DNA from: Candidatus Bathyarchaeia archaeon
Lineage (GTDB): Archaea > Thermoproteota > Bathyarchaeia > 40CM-2-53-6
Length of the DNA: 64,000 bases
Assembly (NCBI GenBank): GCA_049517415.1
Contig: JBEKSC010000011.1
Coordinates: 2,781 to 66,780 of the forward strand
Reading direction: 5' to 3'
Position numbers and translations under genes: made by a program. This document shows, one piece after another, positions 36,719-45,606 of this stretch. The notes beneath the pieces were generated by a model, which searched no databases, had not been told where the DNA came from, and was given only the letters and a program-made list of their open reading frames with translations. Numbering within the stretch: the first letter of the stretch is position 1; the number at the start of each line of letters is the position of its first letter.

Positions 36719-36950
36719 TCTCTGAGTCGTCCTGTTCTCGCGGTAGACTGGCTTCTGTAGTGTTCAAGCCCTTTTCTATTATGAGCGTTACGGCTAGGCA
36801 TCCGACCAGCATGACTAGTTCGAGTGCGGCTGCGAATTCAGGAATGGGTGTCGGAGTAGCCGTTCCGTAAATTATGGTAAGTCTTAAATTATCTTCTCTT
36901 TTTTGGACTGCGGTAATTGTATGTGTGGTATTGGTGGCGCGCGCACACAC
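36711..36950 (-). CDS. small single-TM protein (hypothetical)
   Basis: 79-aa ORF with a GTG start. An 8-nt overlap with the downstream membrane gene suggests coupling. Weak evidence. Confidence 0.3.
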   Translation of the reverse strand: MCARATNTTHTITAVQKREDNLRLTIIYGTATPTPIPEFAAALELVMLVGCLAVTLIIEKGLNTTEASLPREQDDSENG

Positions 36951-37002
36951 ACGGGAAAACCACCTAGTTCAAGTGACGATCCTCACACGGCAAGTAGTAA
37001 GT

Positions 37003-37088
37003 AGAAAGTCCCAAGAGAAAGCAGAATGATTCAGCAGCAGATTCGGCAGATGCTGGTTTGCGCCCTACCATGTAACCGGCAGCAGTAA
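37003..37088 (+). repeat. dispersed element, copy B, mini-ORF MIQQQIRQMLVCALPCNRQQ (37026-37088)
   Basis: Sequence alignment to copies A, C and D. It lacks the 9-nt ATGAAACCA block. Confidence 0.7.
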
Positions 37089-37232
37089 CCTTGCAATGAA
37101 GTACAAACTAAGCAAGTATTTCTTCCGTATCAAAGAAGCTGAGTGTGTAGGGCGAGTTTCGATTAACGGCATTTCTTCTTCAAACCTAACCTTTGCGGAA
37201 AGCTTACATGTATTTACTTACACATATGACTC

Positions 37233-37739
37233 ATGCAACATACACGGCACTATGAATTTGCCCTTGCTGGGGCGGTTATGGTACTCGTTGGGTGTCTTCT
37301 GCTCTTCGTTTTGCTTGGGGTCATTGGGATTTTCAGCGTTCTGCCGGGCTTGCTGGTTGGGGTTGGAATAATATTCCTTGCGCTCGGGTTCGTTAGGCTT
37401 AGTCATCATGATACTGTTGGGAGAATGTATGTAACGTACGGTGTCGTGGCGCTCGGTATCGGTGCGATTTGGTTTGGCTGGGCGATCCAATTGATCGTCG
37501 CCCAGTATGCGTTGGCTCTATTACTGATTCTGTTCGGCGGTATCTTTCTCTTGTACTCTACTGCGACTAACATTCCATTCCTAGGCCGGAGACAAACGAC
37601 AACAACACAGACGACAACCACAACAACACAAAAACAGCAAAGGGTCTGCAGCAATTGTGGAGCCAACCTGGGACCAAAGGATGGGTTCTGTGAAAGGTGC
37701 GGTGCGACCACTGGAATTTCAGGGGTTGGCGGAAGTTGA
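37233..37739 (+). CDS. membrane protein with poly-Thr/Gln linker and C-terminal zinc ribbon
   Basis: 168 aa. Four hydrophobic helices, then TTTTQTTTTTTQKQQ, then CSNCGANLGPKDGFCERCGA. Confidence 0.55.
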   Translation: MQHTRHYEFALAGAVMVLVGCLLLFVLLGVIGIFSVLPGLLVGVGIIFLALGFVRLSHHDTVGRMYVTYGVVALGIGAIWFGWAIQLIVAQYALALLLILFGGIFLLYSTATNIPFLGRRQTTTTQTTTTTTQKQQRVCSNCGANLGPKDGFCERCGATTGISGVGGS

Positions 37740-37979
37740 CCACGAATGCTTGCACGGCCACATTAAGGGCCCCCTAAGCCCCATAAGCAATCACTCCACT
37801 ATTTGGAAAGACTCGAATCCTTCTTATTCTCTTCTGAGCGTTTCCTTCCAGCCTCTATTCGATTCGCAACTTATGCATGCGGATGAACAGGAGTCTACTG
37901 TCGTGGACAACTCTTGAGACTATGCAAGTCTTGCATCAAGAAAAGAGAGAAGATAGGAACAGGGTTTTGCCTGTTTAGT

Positions 37980-38648
37980 CTAGGCTGTAACCGTTAGTTT
38001 GTTCTCGACCTCAGATACGCCGGGAGCACAATAGGCAGCGTATTCGGCTTCATCATAATCTGCCCAAGAGCCAACGTTGCCATGTAGAATTACCTTGCTA
38101 CCTGAAATTTCAACCTGAATCTTGTCGGCATCTCGAAGCAACCTGGCATTGCGCTTAAGTGCGTCTTCGATTCCGTTCTTCACCTCGAACGCTTTCACCG
38201 TCGGCACCGGCGGTTTAATAGTGATCCTGTTGGTGACTCCCGAAATCCCCCACAAGTGACGTACGCTATCCTCCGCATACTCTTTTTGGTGATAGTGATT
38301 CACATCGCCACTCAGAGTGATCCAACCGTTCTGCACCAACACCTTGACGCGGTCACGCGGAACCCAAACATTCCAGTCGATAGTGTTTTTCGCCGACCGG
38401 GCAATATCTTCGTCAGTGCGCTTGTAAGCGTCAGGGAGCCTGACCTTGATCTCTTCAGTTAATCCCTTTACGCCTGAAATCCGCCTGACAGCGCGCTCGG
38501 CAGCCCACTTCATACTGTAGGTGTCAACATAGCCGTTCAACGTAACCACTCCATCCTTGACAGCAACACCAATCTCCGCCGCATGAATCGTCGGCTCCCA
38601 CTTGAGCTCAGTCATAACATCTCGTTGCAATTCTGAATCCTTCTTCAC
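37980..38648 (-). CDS. BON-domain protein (OsmY-like, three BON repeats)
   Basis: 222 aa. Repeats of V.V.V.DG.VTL.G.V......A...(A/V)....GV..V.N. Confidence 0.75.
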   Translation of the reverse strand: MKKDSELQRDVMTELKWEPTIHAAEIGVAVKDGVVTLNGYVDTYSMKWAAERAVRRISGVKGLTEEIKVRLPDAYKRTDEDIARSAKNTIDWNVWVPRDRVKVLVQNGWITLSGDVNHYHQKEYAEDSVRHLWGISGVTNRITIKPPVPTVKAFEVKNGIEDALKRNARLLRDADKIQVEISGSKVILHGNVGSWADYDEAEYAAYCAPGVSEVENKLTVTA

Positions 38649-38990
38649 AACAATTCACCTCCCCCATCGTGATTCTAACTTCTACTTCTGCTCGGAAGTT
38701 CATTGCGCTCTTCCTCTTAACACCACTCTATAGTGCTGGTTAAAACACATTTCTTGGCTCAACAGCTTGAATAATAGAGTTCCCGCATGAAGCAATTAAT
38801 CTCTGGAAAAATCATTAGTGCTGCTCCTGGTGCGACGATTCCTTCGGGGCAGACACGCTGTCTTGCTTTCTGCGATCCATGCTTCCGTTCGATGCGTTCG
38901 TAGAATTCTCGCATGCGAGGGTCGTGTTGTCTTGCGGAAGAGCGTGAACAGAAAGGGACACGGCTGAAGGGGTAACCGCTAGTGAAGGTC

Positions 38991-39081
38991 AAGAAACCCA
39001 AGAGAACGTCCCTATGAAAGCAGAATGATTCAGGAGCAGGTTGGGCTGATGGTAGTTGGCGCGCTACTATGTGCGCTATGA
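38991..39081 (+). repeat. dispersed element, copy C, mini-ORF MIQEQVGLMVVGALLCAL (39025-39081)
   Basis: Alignment to copies A, B and D. The mini-ORF stop lies 1 nt from the convergent stop of the 39083-39508 gene. Confidence 0.7.
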
Positions 39082-39082
39082 T

Positions 39083-39508
39083 TTACTTTGCGATGAGGCG
39101 CCCAATTATCGTAAGCATGATGCCCAGCACGTACCCCAACGTCGATGAGACATATCCTTTGAAATATTCATTGATTGGTATTCCTTGGTGCCAAGCGAGG
39201 CTCATGGGGATCATGAAACCGAACAGACCTAATCCGGCACCGAGCATTACCAATGGCTTTCCTATTCTTGGAACGTGCAAAATCAAGAGGCCACTTATTA
39301 TGACAGAGATTCCACCAAGGGCGGCTATGAATATCAGCACCTTGAAGATCGTGGCGAGGATCGGGGACGCGTCAACTGTTGGTTGAATGTACTTCAGGAT
39401 TTCCTCTAGCAAAGGCTTCATGCCGGTGGTTCCTGCGACCACAAGAAGAGCACCGCCCACAATGCACAGGATACCGGCTGTTTTGTTCCTGGGAGTCACA
39501 ACCTCCAC
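39083..39508 (-). CDS. four-helix membrane protein (hypothetical)
   Basis: 141 aa, ATG start. Gly-rich TM helices. It has a degraded paralogue at 35396-35590. Confidence 0.6.
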   Translation of the reverse strand: MEVVTPRNKTAGILCIVGGALLVVAGTTGMKPLLEEILKYIQPTVDASPILATIFKVLIFIAALGGISVIISGLLILHVPRIGKPLVMLGAGLGLFGFMIPMSLAWHQGIPINEYFKGYVSSTLGYVLGIMLTIIGRLIAK

Positions 39509-39747
39509 TTCCCCTTAGTGTGTTTGGTCCATATCGTTTTGATGGGATACCTTTGATTCCTATGCTGCTCTTGAGCTAACAACCTGTGTTTTCGACGCTT
39601 GCAATTGAATACGAGAAAAGACGACGACCACCATCTGTGTTTCTCGAAATCGTCAGACTTTCACAACAACACAAGAGTACAATTGATAGAAACTCTCCAA
39701 CACTTTAGTATCTAATTAGTTGTACACGGCGAATACCGGGGACGGGT

Positions 39748-41226
39748 TTGAAGACAAGAGTAACTCTCAGAAGGCGATTGAATGCCTTTGACACTACAAA
39801 CCTTGTGGTTGGCGCAACTATAGGTGCCGACATCTATGTGGCCGCGGCTCTCTGTGCGAAACTTCTAGGGCCCACATCTATTCTAATTTGGTTAATTGGC
39901 GGTGTGATGGCGACTGTTGTAGCGCTGTCGTTCGGATATTGTGCCGCTATCTTCCCGAGAGTTGGAGGACCATATGTGTACGCGAAAGAAGCGGCTGGAC
40001 AGTTTAGCGGGTTTATGGTGGGGTGGGCTCTCGTGCTCGCTGAATGGTTCTCTCTAGCCGTCTTCCCTGTAGCTTTTCTTCAGTACTTCCTTGCGTTCGT
40101 TCCGAACCTAGACTCAGTAACCCAAATCCTACTCAAAGGCGCGTTCATGCTGATCATTTTCGTAACTAATGTGATTGGCGTGAGGGAGGCGAGTAAGTTC
40201 AATGATTTCTTGACCATTGCTAAAGTGACACCTCTGCTTCTACTCATGTGTTTGGGAGGTGTATTTCTCGCATTACAACCGCAGATGATATCCTCGCGTT
40301 TCCAAGCTTTTCCTGACGGTAATTTACAAAATGTTGGCCAAGTGTTGGTGATAGTCTTCTGGGCGTATGCAGGTTTTGAGTTGTCCACTCTTCCGGCGAA
40401 TGAGATTCAAGATGCAAAGAAGACAATTCCGCGGGCACTGACGATTGGGATGCTCATTGCTGCTTTGATCTACATGGCTACTAACTTTGTAGTAATTGGT
40501 GTCGTAGATCAACATACTTTAGCTTTATCACAAGCACCATTGGTTGTTGCAGCTGCGAATATCCTCAGTTTCTCGCCTGTTTTGGCATGGATTGGGAGTC
40601 TTGTAGTAGGTGTTGGCGCGCTGATTTCGATTATGGGCGCTGATGAGTCAGGGACGATGGGGACGTCACGATTGACTTTCGCCATGTCAATTGACGGGTA
40701 TCTTCCTCAAGCCTTCAGCAGATTGCAGAAATCATACCACACGCCTTACATTGGGTTAGCTGTACTATGTTCAACAGCCTTCATCGCGAGCCTTGTCAAC
40801 TCGCTATCTGCATTGGTGAACAGCTCTGTCTTCCTTTTGTCACTCGCATATCTCGCAACCGGCATCTCGGCTCTCATTCTGGAGAGAAGACATCTAAGAT
40901 CCTCACCTAAGGGGTTGTGGACTATACTCGTTCCAGCGCTGACCGTTATTTTCTCAATTGTAATGATGACACAAGTATCCAGACAGCAGACCTTGATCTC
41001 ACTGGCACTCATTGCTGTCGGCGTTCCAGTGTATACATTCTTCGCTCCGAAGAAAGAGTTGTATGAAATGAGGGAAGCTTACTTATCGGAGGAAGCAATC
41101 CTCGAAAGAGCCTACCACCAAGAAGAGACATTCATGGCATACGTGTTGCGACACATCAAGTTGCTCATCTACAGAATCAGAGGAATCGAAACGGCTTGGA
41201 CCATTCAAGAAGAACCTGAAAGCTGA
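39748..41226 (+). CDS. APC-superfamily amino acid/polyamine permease
   Basis: 492 aa with about 12 TM helices. The N-terminal LVVGATIGADIYVA and the overall layout are typical of APC transporters. TTG start. Confidence 0.7.
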   Translation: MKTRVTLRRRLNAFDTTNLVVGATIGADIYVAAALCAKLLGPTSILIWLIGGVMATVVALSFGYCAAIFPRVGGPYVYAKEAAGQFSGFMVGWALVLAEWFSLAVFPVAFLQYFLAFVPNLDSVTQILLKGAFMLIIFVTNVIGVREASKFNDFLTIAKVTPLLLLMCLGGVFLALQPQMISSRFQAFPDGNLQNVGQVLVIVFWAYAGFELSTLPANEIQDAKKTIPRALTIGMLIAALIYMATNFVVIGVVDQHTLALSQAPLVVAAANILSFSPVLAWIGSLVVGVGALISIMGADESGTMGTSRLTFAMSIDGYLPQAFSRLQKSYHTPYIGLAVLCSTAFIASLVNSLSALVNSSVFLLSLAYLATGISALILERRHLRSSPKGLWTILVPALTVIFSIVMMTQVSRQQTLISLALIAVGVPVYTFFAPKKELYEMREAYLSEEAILERAYHQEETFMAYVLRHIKLLIYRIRGIETAWTIQEEPES

Positions 41227-41440
41227 CAACACCCATATCCTCCTCTTCCTATTGAGATGGGTGCAATACAGTGCAATACCTTCGTGAATACTTGTGAGGT
41301 CAAGTAATCAAATGGTAAAGTGGCATCCAATCAGCAACTCGGAGAATTCAATGTGAACATCTTATAGCAGGGTAAGCACCGATTTGGGTAATTGCTTTCT
41401 TGGGAGCCTGTGACCCAAGGCGTAGAAGGTGAGTGGACCA

Positions 41441-41608
41441 TCATCCATTACTCTTCATCTTAGCCTTCTTGAATTCTCCGTATTCTTGAAATGAATCAAA
41501 CCCTGCATCCAAAAGCTCTTGTAGATTCTGTAGAGCCTCTTCATTAAGCGTAGTCTTCATGATTTCCAACGTTTTCTGCATTACCTGTCTTGCCTCTTCC
41601 TCATTCAT
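41441..41608 (-). CDS. small acidic helical protein (hypothetical)
   Basis: My own translation gives MNEEEARQVMQKTLEIMKTTLNEEALQNLQELLDAGFDSFQEYGEFKKAKMKSNG (55 aa), below the ORF-track cutoff. Confidence 0.3.
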   Translation of the reverse strand: MNEEEARQVMQKTLEIMKTTLNEEALQNLQELLDAGFDSFQEYGEFKKAKMKSNG

Positions 41609-41905
41609 CTAATGATTCACCCAATCTTCCTGCATCTATCTTGAGATTCTTTACAGCTATGACCAACGGTACTTAGTGAATAAGTCTATTCTTGTCGGAA
41701 ATTAGGGTGGGTCATTACTTTGTGTATGCGCACCATTGATGCACACGCTGGCTGACGACTACTCGCGGCGGGTCAAATTACGACTGCCGCAACAACGATG
41801 ATACGGGAAATCGAAAAGATTAGGCAGATATTTGCAATTAAATGAGAGAAAAGAGGATGAGCACAATCCGTGCTCAGTCTAGTCGGTTTAGTTTCGACGC
41901 TCGGA

Positions 41906-42067
41906 TCAGCGGTAGTACGGATACGAACCGTAGCCGTACCAAGGGGAGTTATAGTTCCCTCCATAGTATGGATAACCATACGAACCGTAGCCGTAACCGT
42001 ACGAGGGAGCGAATAGATAGTCCGATATGTGACCGTAATAATTGCCTCCAATAACTACATATGACAT
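41906..42067 (-). CDS. Gly/Tyr-rich small protein
   Basis: My own translation gives MSYVVIGGNYYGHISDYLFAPSYGYGYGSYGYPYYGGNYNSPWYGYGSYPYYR (53 aa). GGAGGTGA lies 8 nt upstream of the ATG. The gene starts 21 nt after the RHH gene stop. Confidence 0.55.
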   Translation of the reverse strand: MSYVVIGGNYYGHISDYLFAPSYGYGYGSYGYPYYGGNYNSPWYGYGSYPYYR

Positions 42068-42088
42068 TTCTTACTTCACCTCCCCTTC

Positions 42089-42256
42089 TTACGTCCCAGG
42101 AATTTCAAGTTTCGACCAATCCTTGGCTAGCCAGTCATTGACAGCTTCCTCTATCGCGCCGCTGAGGTCTCCTTTCTTGCCTCCAAGTCTCTTCACAATT
42201 GCAAGTCGCAGTCGGCGCTCAACGCCATCCGAGAGCACTACGTAGATTCTTCCCAA
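42089..42256 (-). CDS. ribbon-helix-helix (CopG-like) small protein, paralogue 1
   Basis: My own translation, from a TTG start, gives MGRIYVVLSDGVERRLRLAIVKRLGGKKGDLSGAIEEAVNDWLAKDWSKLEIPGT. About 60 percent identical by eye to the N-terminus of the 42545-42799 product. Confidence 0.6.
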   Translation of the reverse strand: MGRIYVVLSDGVERRLRLAIVKRLGGKKGDLSGAIEEAVNDWLAKDWSKLEIPGT

Positions 42257-42294
42257 AGATTATCTGGCCGCACTGTATATGCGCAAAGCACGAT

Positions 42295-42312
42295 ATAAAC
42301 TTATATATTTAT
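42295..42312 (-). promoter_or_regulatory. AT-rich promoter box ATAAATATATAAGTTTAT (gene sense) upstream of the RHH paralogue 1 / Gly-Tyr peptide pair
   Basis: The 18-mer is identical to 42842-42859 read on the plus strand. It lies 39-56 nt upstream of the TTG start. Confidence 0.5.
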
Positions 42313-42544
42313 CCATGTAGCTATATAACTGCGATTAATTTCAGTAGGTCTTGGGAGGAAATTTAGAATGCGTGTACACATCGGGCCTTTTGGGATCATG
42401 CTCATTGTTCTCATTCTTTGTTTGATTCTTCGGTAGAACTGAAGCTTCTTCGCGGTTACGGGCGATTCCCAAAACTACTCAGAGATACTGCGGTTCCAGA
42501 AATACGTGAAGAAGGGATTTGCGCCTACAAGTAAATAGAATGAC

Positions 42545-42799
42545 TTAGGGCATGCCAGAATCATTAGGGGACCCATGAGTTCCCTGAGAAGCACGGGATC
42601 TGCCTGGCCTCTTTTCATGCAGCTGCTCGCGTACCCATTTGGTAATGTCGGCTTCTGTAGCATGTTTCTCCAACCATTCTTTGATAGCCACCTCGATAGC
42701 ACTGCTTAGGTCGCCCTTCTTTCCGCCGAGAATTGTGACAACGGCCAGTCGGAGTCTGCGTTCCGTTTCATCAGAAAGAACTATGTACATCTTACCCAA
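42545..42799 (-). CDS. ribbon-helix-helix (CopG-like) protein, paralogue 2
   Basis: 84 aa. MGKMYIVLSDETERRLRLAVVTILGGKKGDLSSAIEVAIKEWL (beta-strand plus two helices). Confidence 0.65.
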   Translation of the reverse strand: MGKMYIVLSDETERRLRLAVVTILGGKKGDLSSAIEVAIKEWLEKHATEADITKWVREQLHEKRPGRSRASQGTHGSPNDSGMP

Positions 42800-42841
42800 A
42801 GTCTACACCCCTGAACGAAGGCCACGTTCAGCATTAACGAT

Positions 42842-42859
42842 ATAAATATATAAGTTTAT
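42842..42859 (+). promoter_or_regulatory. second copy of the ATAAATATATAAGTTTAT box in the divergent region between RHH paralogue 2 and the 42875 membrane gene
   Basis: Exact 18-nt match to the reverse complement of 42295-42312. It lies 16-33 nt upstream of 42875. Confidence 0.5.
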
Positions 42860-42874
42860 AAACACGATTCAACT

Positions 42875-43159
42875 ATGGTAAATCTTGACTTGATTGATAT
42901 GCGCAAGGTCTATTCTATGATAGCGCCTTTACTTGGCGTAAGTCTGTTTCGAATCCTTAACGAAATAGGTGTAAATCAGAGTGCAAGTTCCATGGTTAGT
43001 TCCGCGTACGCGTGGCTGCTGACCCTGAACCCAATCGTTCTGATAATCCTAGGCGTAATCGTATTCATTGCGGGCAAGCTAGCGAAATGGATCGGCGTCA
43101 TAATGATTATCGTCGGAATAATCTTCCTAGCCCTGCCGTACCTATTGCACCTCATTTAG
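42875..43159 (+). CDS. small membrane protein (hypothetical)
   Basis: 94 aa, ATG start, three hydrophobic segments. Confidence 0.5.
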   Translation: MVNLDLIDMRKVYSMIAPLLGVSLFRILNEIGVNQSASSMVSSAYAWLLTLNPIVLIILGVIVFIAGKLAKWIGVIMIIVGIIFLALPYLLHLI

Positions 43160-43179
43160 AATCTAAAAGTGGATTCTTG

Positions 43180-43497
43180 ATGGCTAAAGCTTCCTTGGGG
43201 AAGCTTGCGTACCTTCTCGCATTAATCGGCGGAGTAATCCTTGTAATCCAAGGGCTCCTAAGTTTTGTGGGAATGGCTTTCATGATGTTCATGCCCTCGG
43301 TGCTTGGGTCTGTGGGTGGAGCCTTTTGGGGAATCATTGAAATCATCCTCGGAATCGTTGCCATCTACGGCTCTAAACGTGCTACCGACCTCACTTGGGA
43401 TATTATTCTCATAGTCGTAGGCGTAATCGGAGGCGGCCTTGGTGGCATACTCATACTCATCGGCGGCATAGTCGGCTTAGCATCAAAGTACGTCTAA
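43180..43497 (+). CDS. small Gly-rich membrane protein (hypothetical)
   Basis: The ATG at 43180 (MAKASLGKLAYLLALIGG...) is preferred over the tracked start at 43012. Four TM segments. Confidence 0.55.
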   Translation: MAKASLGKLAYLLALIGGVILVIQGLLSFVGMAFMMFMPSVLGSVGGAFWGIIEIILGIVAIYGSKRATDLTWDIILIVVGVIGGGLGGILILIGGIVGLASKYV

Positions 43498-43524
43498 AAT
43501 GATATCACGTGAGGTGAATCATTA

Positions 43525-43677
43525 ATGGATCTATTAGTGGCCATAATAGTGGTTATCGTGATCCTCTGGCTACTGGGGTTCATTGCTGGTATCGGCGGAG
43601 GTCTAATCCACATATTGCTCATTATCGCAGTCATAGTGATAATAGTTAGACTACTTCAAGGACGTCGTATATTGTAA
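43525..43677 (+). CDS. lmo0937-family small membrane protein
   Basis: My own translation gives MDLLVAIIVVIVILWLLGFIAGIGGGLIHILLIIAVIVIIVRLLQGRRIL (50 aa). GAGGTGA lies upstream. The pattern W-L-L-G-F-x-x-G-I-G-G-G-L-I-H is typical of that family. Confidence 0.6.
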   Translation: MDLLVAIIVVIVILWLLGFIAGIGGGLIHILLIIAVIVIIVRLLQGRRIL

Positions 43678-43691
43678 TAGAAGCCCTTGCT

Positions 43692-43910
43692 ATGAGTTAT
43701 TCGAATAATTACTGCGACCAGTGCGGCGCCAACCTGGAACCCCAGTTCCAGTTCCATGAGAACCAGCCCATGCTATTCTACTGCCTTCAGTGCAAAGCCC
43801 CTAGAACCGTCGTGCCCACAGAACATAAGCAGCGAACCGACTACGCATTGGCTGATTGTCCCATATGCGGTTCAAAAATGAGCACGTACGAAGCGAACCC
43901 TTCAGGATAG
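43692..43910 (+). CDS. triple CxxC zinc-ribbon protein (hypothetical)
   Basis: 72 aa. CDQCG...CLQCK...CPICG. Confidence 0.45.
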   Translation: MSYSNNYCDQCGANLEPQFQFHENQPMLFYCLQCKAPRTVVPTEHKQRTDYALADCPICGSKMSTYEANPSG

Positions 43911-43948
43911 AAAAGACCTGAAAAAGAGATTCAAGGGGTGATTCCAAA

Positions 43949-44068
43949 ATGGCGAAGAAAAGTAGAGGAGGAAGAATGACTGCGGCTAAGAGGCGTGCCG
44001 CTAAGTCAACTGGTGGACGCGGTCCCGTGAGAAAACGTCGAGCAGGTCGAAACATCATGAGGACTTAA
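43949..44068 (+). CDS. highly basic 39-aa peptide (hypothetical)
   Basis: My own translation gives MAKKSRGGRMTAAKRRAAKSTGGRGPVRKRRAGRNIMRT. AGGGGTGA lies upstream of the ATG. Confidence 0.3.
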   Translation: MAKKSRGGRMTAAKRRAAKSTGGRGPVRKRRAGRNIMRT

Positions 44069-44167
44069 GAGTAAAGGAGCAGGTGAACCTGCTAGACCTC
44101 CTCAGCCAGGTAAAGTACGTTTAGCTCACAAGGAGCTAATCTTCCTCATCGCGGATAGAAGTTGTCT

Positions 44168-44632
44168 TCAGAATAGTATCGATGCAAGAAGGAGAAGGAA
44201 TGCTAAACCTACGGCGAGGCCAGTGAAGAATCCTGCCACATGGCGAAACGGGTGGCCAAAGAGAACACCAGTCAACGTCGTGCGCACACCGCTCAAGTAA
44301 TCCGCCAGTGGAACCAGCATACTCAGAAAAACAATCCACCAAGCATATCGACCAAGCATTCCTACAACCTCCGGACTGAACGAAACATTGGCCCCACCAA
44401 TGCCGATTAGCCCGATTGCAACACCAAACACGAGACCGAATACCACTGCCATGGAGATCTTCAACACAAACAGACCCTGACCATCCTCTCCCTCCCTTCT
44501 CACTATTAATTGTAATACTGCGGCGGCTACAAACGCAATGATTGCAGTAGTAGAGTAAGGTAACGGTACCTCTTCGTCACCTACACCTTCCTGTCCGACG
44601 TTTATTCTGAAAGATTCAACGGCCTGATTCAT
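44168..44632 (-). CDS. membrane protein (hypothetical)
   Basis: 154 aa, ATG start, four hydrophobic helices. Confidence 0.5.
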   Translation of the reverse strand: MNQAVESFRINVGQEGVGDEEVPLPYSTTAIIAFVAAAVLQLIVRREGEDGQGLFVLKISMAVVFGLVFGVAIGLIGIGGANVSFSPEVVGMLGRYAWWIVFLSMLVPLADYLSGVRTTLTGVLFGHPFRHVAGFFTGLAVGLAFLLLLASILF

Positions 44633-44653
44633 CGACTTGTGTAGAAACCCTTA

Positions 44654-45199
44654 TTGGAGCAAGCCTCTTGTTTTACCAGCCGAAAGATTTTGTCAGCTCA
44701 AGTGAAACAAGACATTAAGATTAAACCGAGTCTTGTGCCGTTCGTTTGGAAGGGGTTTTTGGTAGTGTTGTTGGGTCTCGTGGTTTTGGGTGTGAGCTTT
44801 CTTTTCAAGTCTTCACTTTCATCTGCCGGTTCTCTCCTCGGGTATGTGGCGTTGGGACTGATTGGCTTAGGTGTCTTGGGTATGTTGATTGGCCTTGTTC
44901 TTAGGAACGCGTTTACGTATTTGATTACTGATTCTGATGTTGTTGTGAAGAGGCAGTTGTTGCGTCGTAGTGTTCGGCGCATTCCCTTCGCGTCTATTAG
45001 TGATGTGCAGGTTTCGCAGAGTATTGTGGGTAGATTGGCGAAGTATGGGGACGTTGTTCCCGTGACAAAGAGTGGCTACGGCTTAGTTCGCGGGACGGAG
45101 CCAGGTGAAAAGATAGTCGCAGAAATGACCGGCGTCCCGAACCCGGACAAGGTAGCTGATTTGATAATGTCCAGATTACACGCCAGCAAAGTCACTTAG
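44654..45199 (+). CDS. membrane-anchored bacterial-type PH domain (bPH_2/YdbS-like) protein
   Basis: 181 aa. Two TM helices followed by YLITDSDVVVKRQLLRRSVRRIPFASISDVQVSQSIVGRLAKYGDV. Confidence 0.6.
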   Translation: MEQASCFTSRKILSAQVKQDIKIKPSLVPFVWKGFLVVLLGLVVLGVSFLFKSSLSSAGSLLGYVALGLIGLGVLGMLIGLVLRNAFTYLITDSDVVVKRQLLRRSVRRIPFASISDVQVSQSIVGRLAKYGDVVPVTKSGYGLVRGTEPGEKIVAEMTGVPNPDKVADLIMSRLHASKVT

Positions 45200-45387
45200 C
45201 ACCCGCGACCTTTCGATTATTGGCGGCGAGTAAAGGGTACACGCATGACCTCCGAATCATGATCCATGAGTTGCTCGTTATCGCAGTGAAACAGGACCAG
45301 TCATACGGCCCTTCCTCTCTTATTCGCCATTCCCCGGGGTCTCACGTATGACCTAAAACGAATCCAATCGCTACATAATGAGTCGCG

Positions 45388-45606
45388 TTGGTGGGCAGCC
45401 TTATGTTACACCACCACTACTATCACCACTACTGGCAAAATGAAATGACTTTGATGAAATGCACCAACTGCGGCTACGTTCAAAACTACGCCGGCCGTCG
45501 CAATCTGACCTACACGTGCACCAACTGCAAACGCTCAGACATCGACCAACGCGAAGCCGCTAGCGCCTTCCTGAAAGTGAAGCGGAAGGAGGCGAAAAAA
45601 GAATGA
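45388..45606 (+). CDS. zinc-ribbon protein (hypothetical)
   Basis: 72 aa. CTNCG...CTNCK. The true start may be an internal ATG. An ATGA overlap links it to the next gene. Confidence 0.45.
   Translation: MVGSLMLHHHYYHHYWQNEMTLMKCTNCGYVQNYAGRRNLTYTCTNCKRSDIDQREAASAFLKVKRKEAKKE

Noticed and set aside
41773-42054. 92-aa minus-strand and 70-aa plus-strand ORFs covering the Gly/Tyr peptide locus.
   Set aside because: The third frame has a strong GGAGGTGA RBS, an ATG, and operon-like spacing after the RHH gene. The tracked frames lack start signals. The choice remains tentative.
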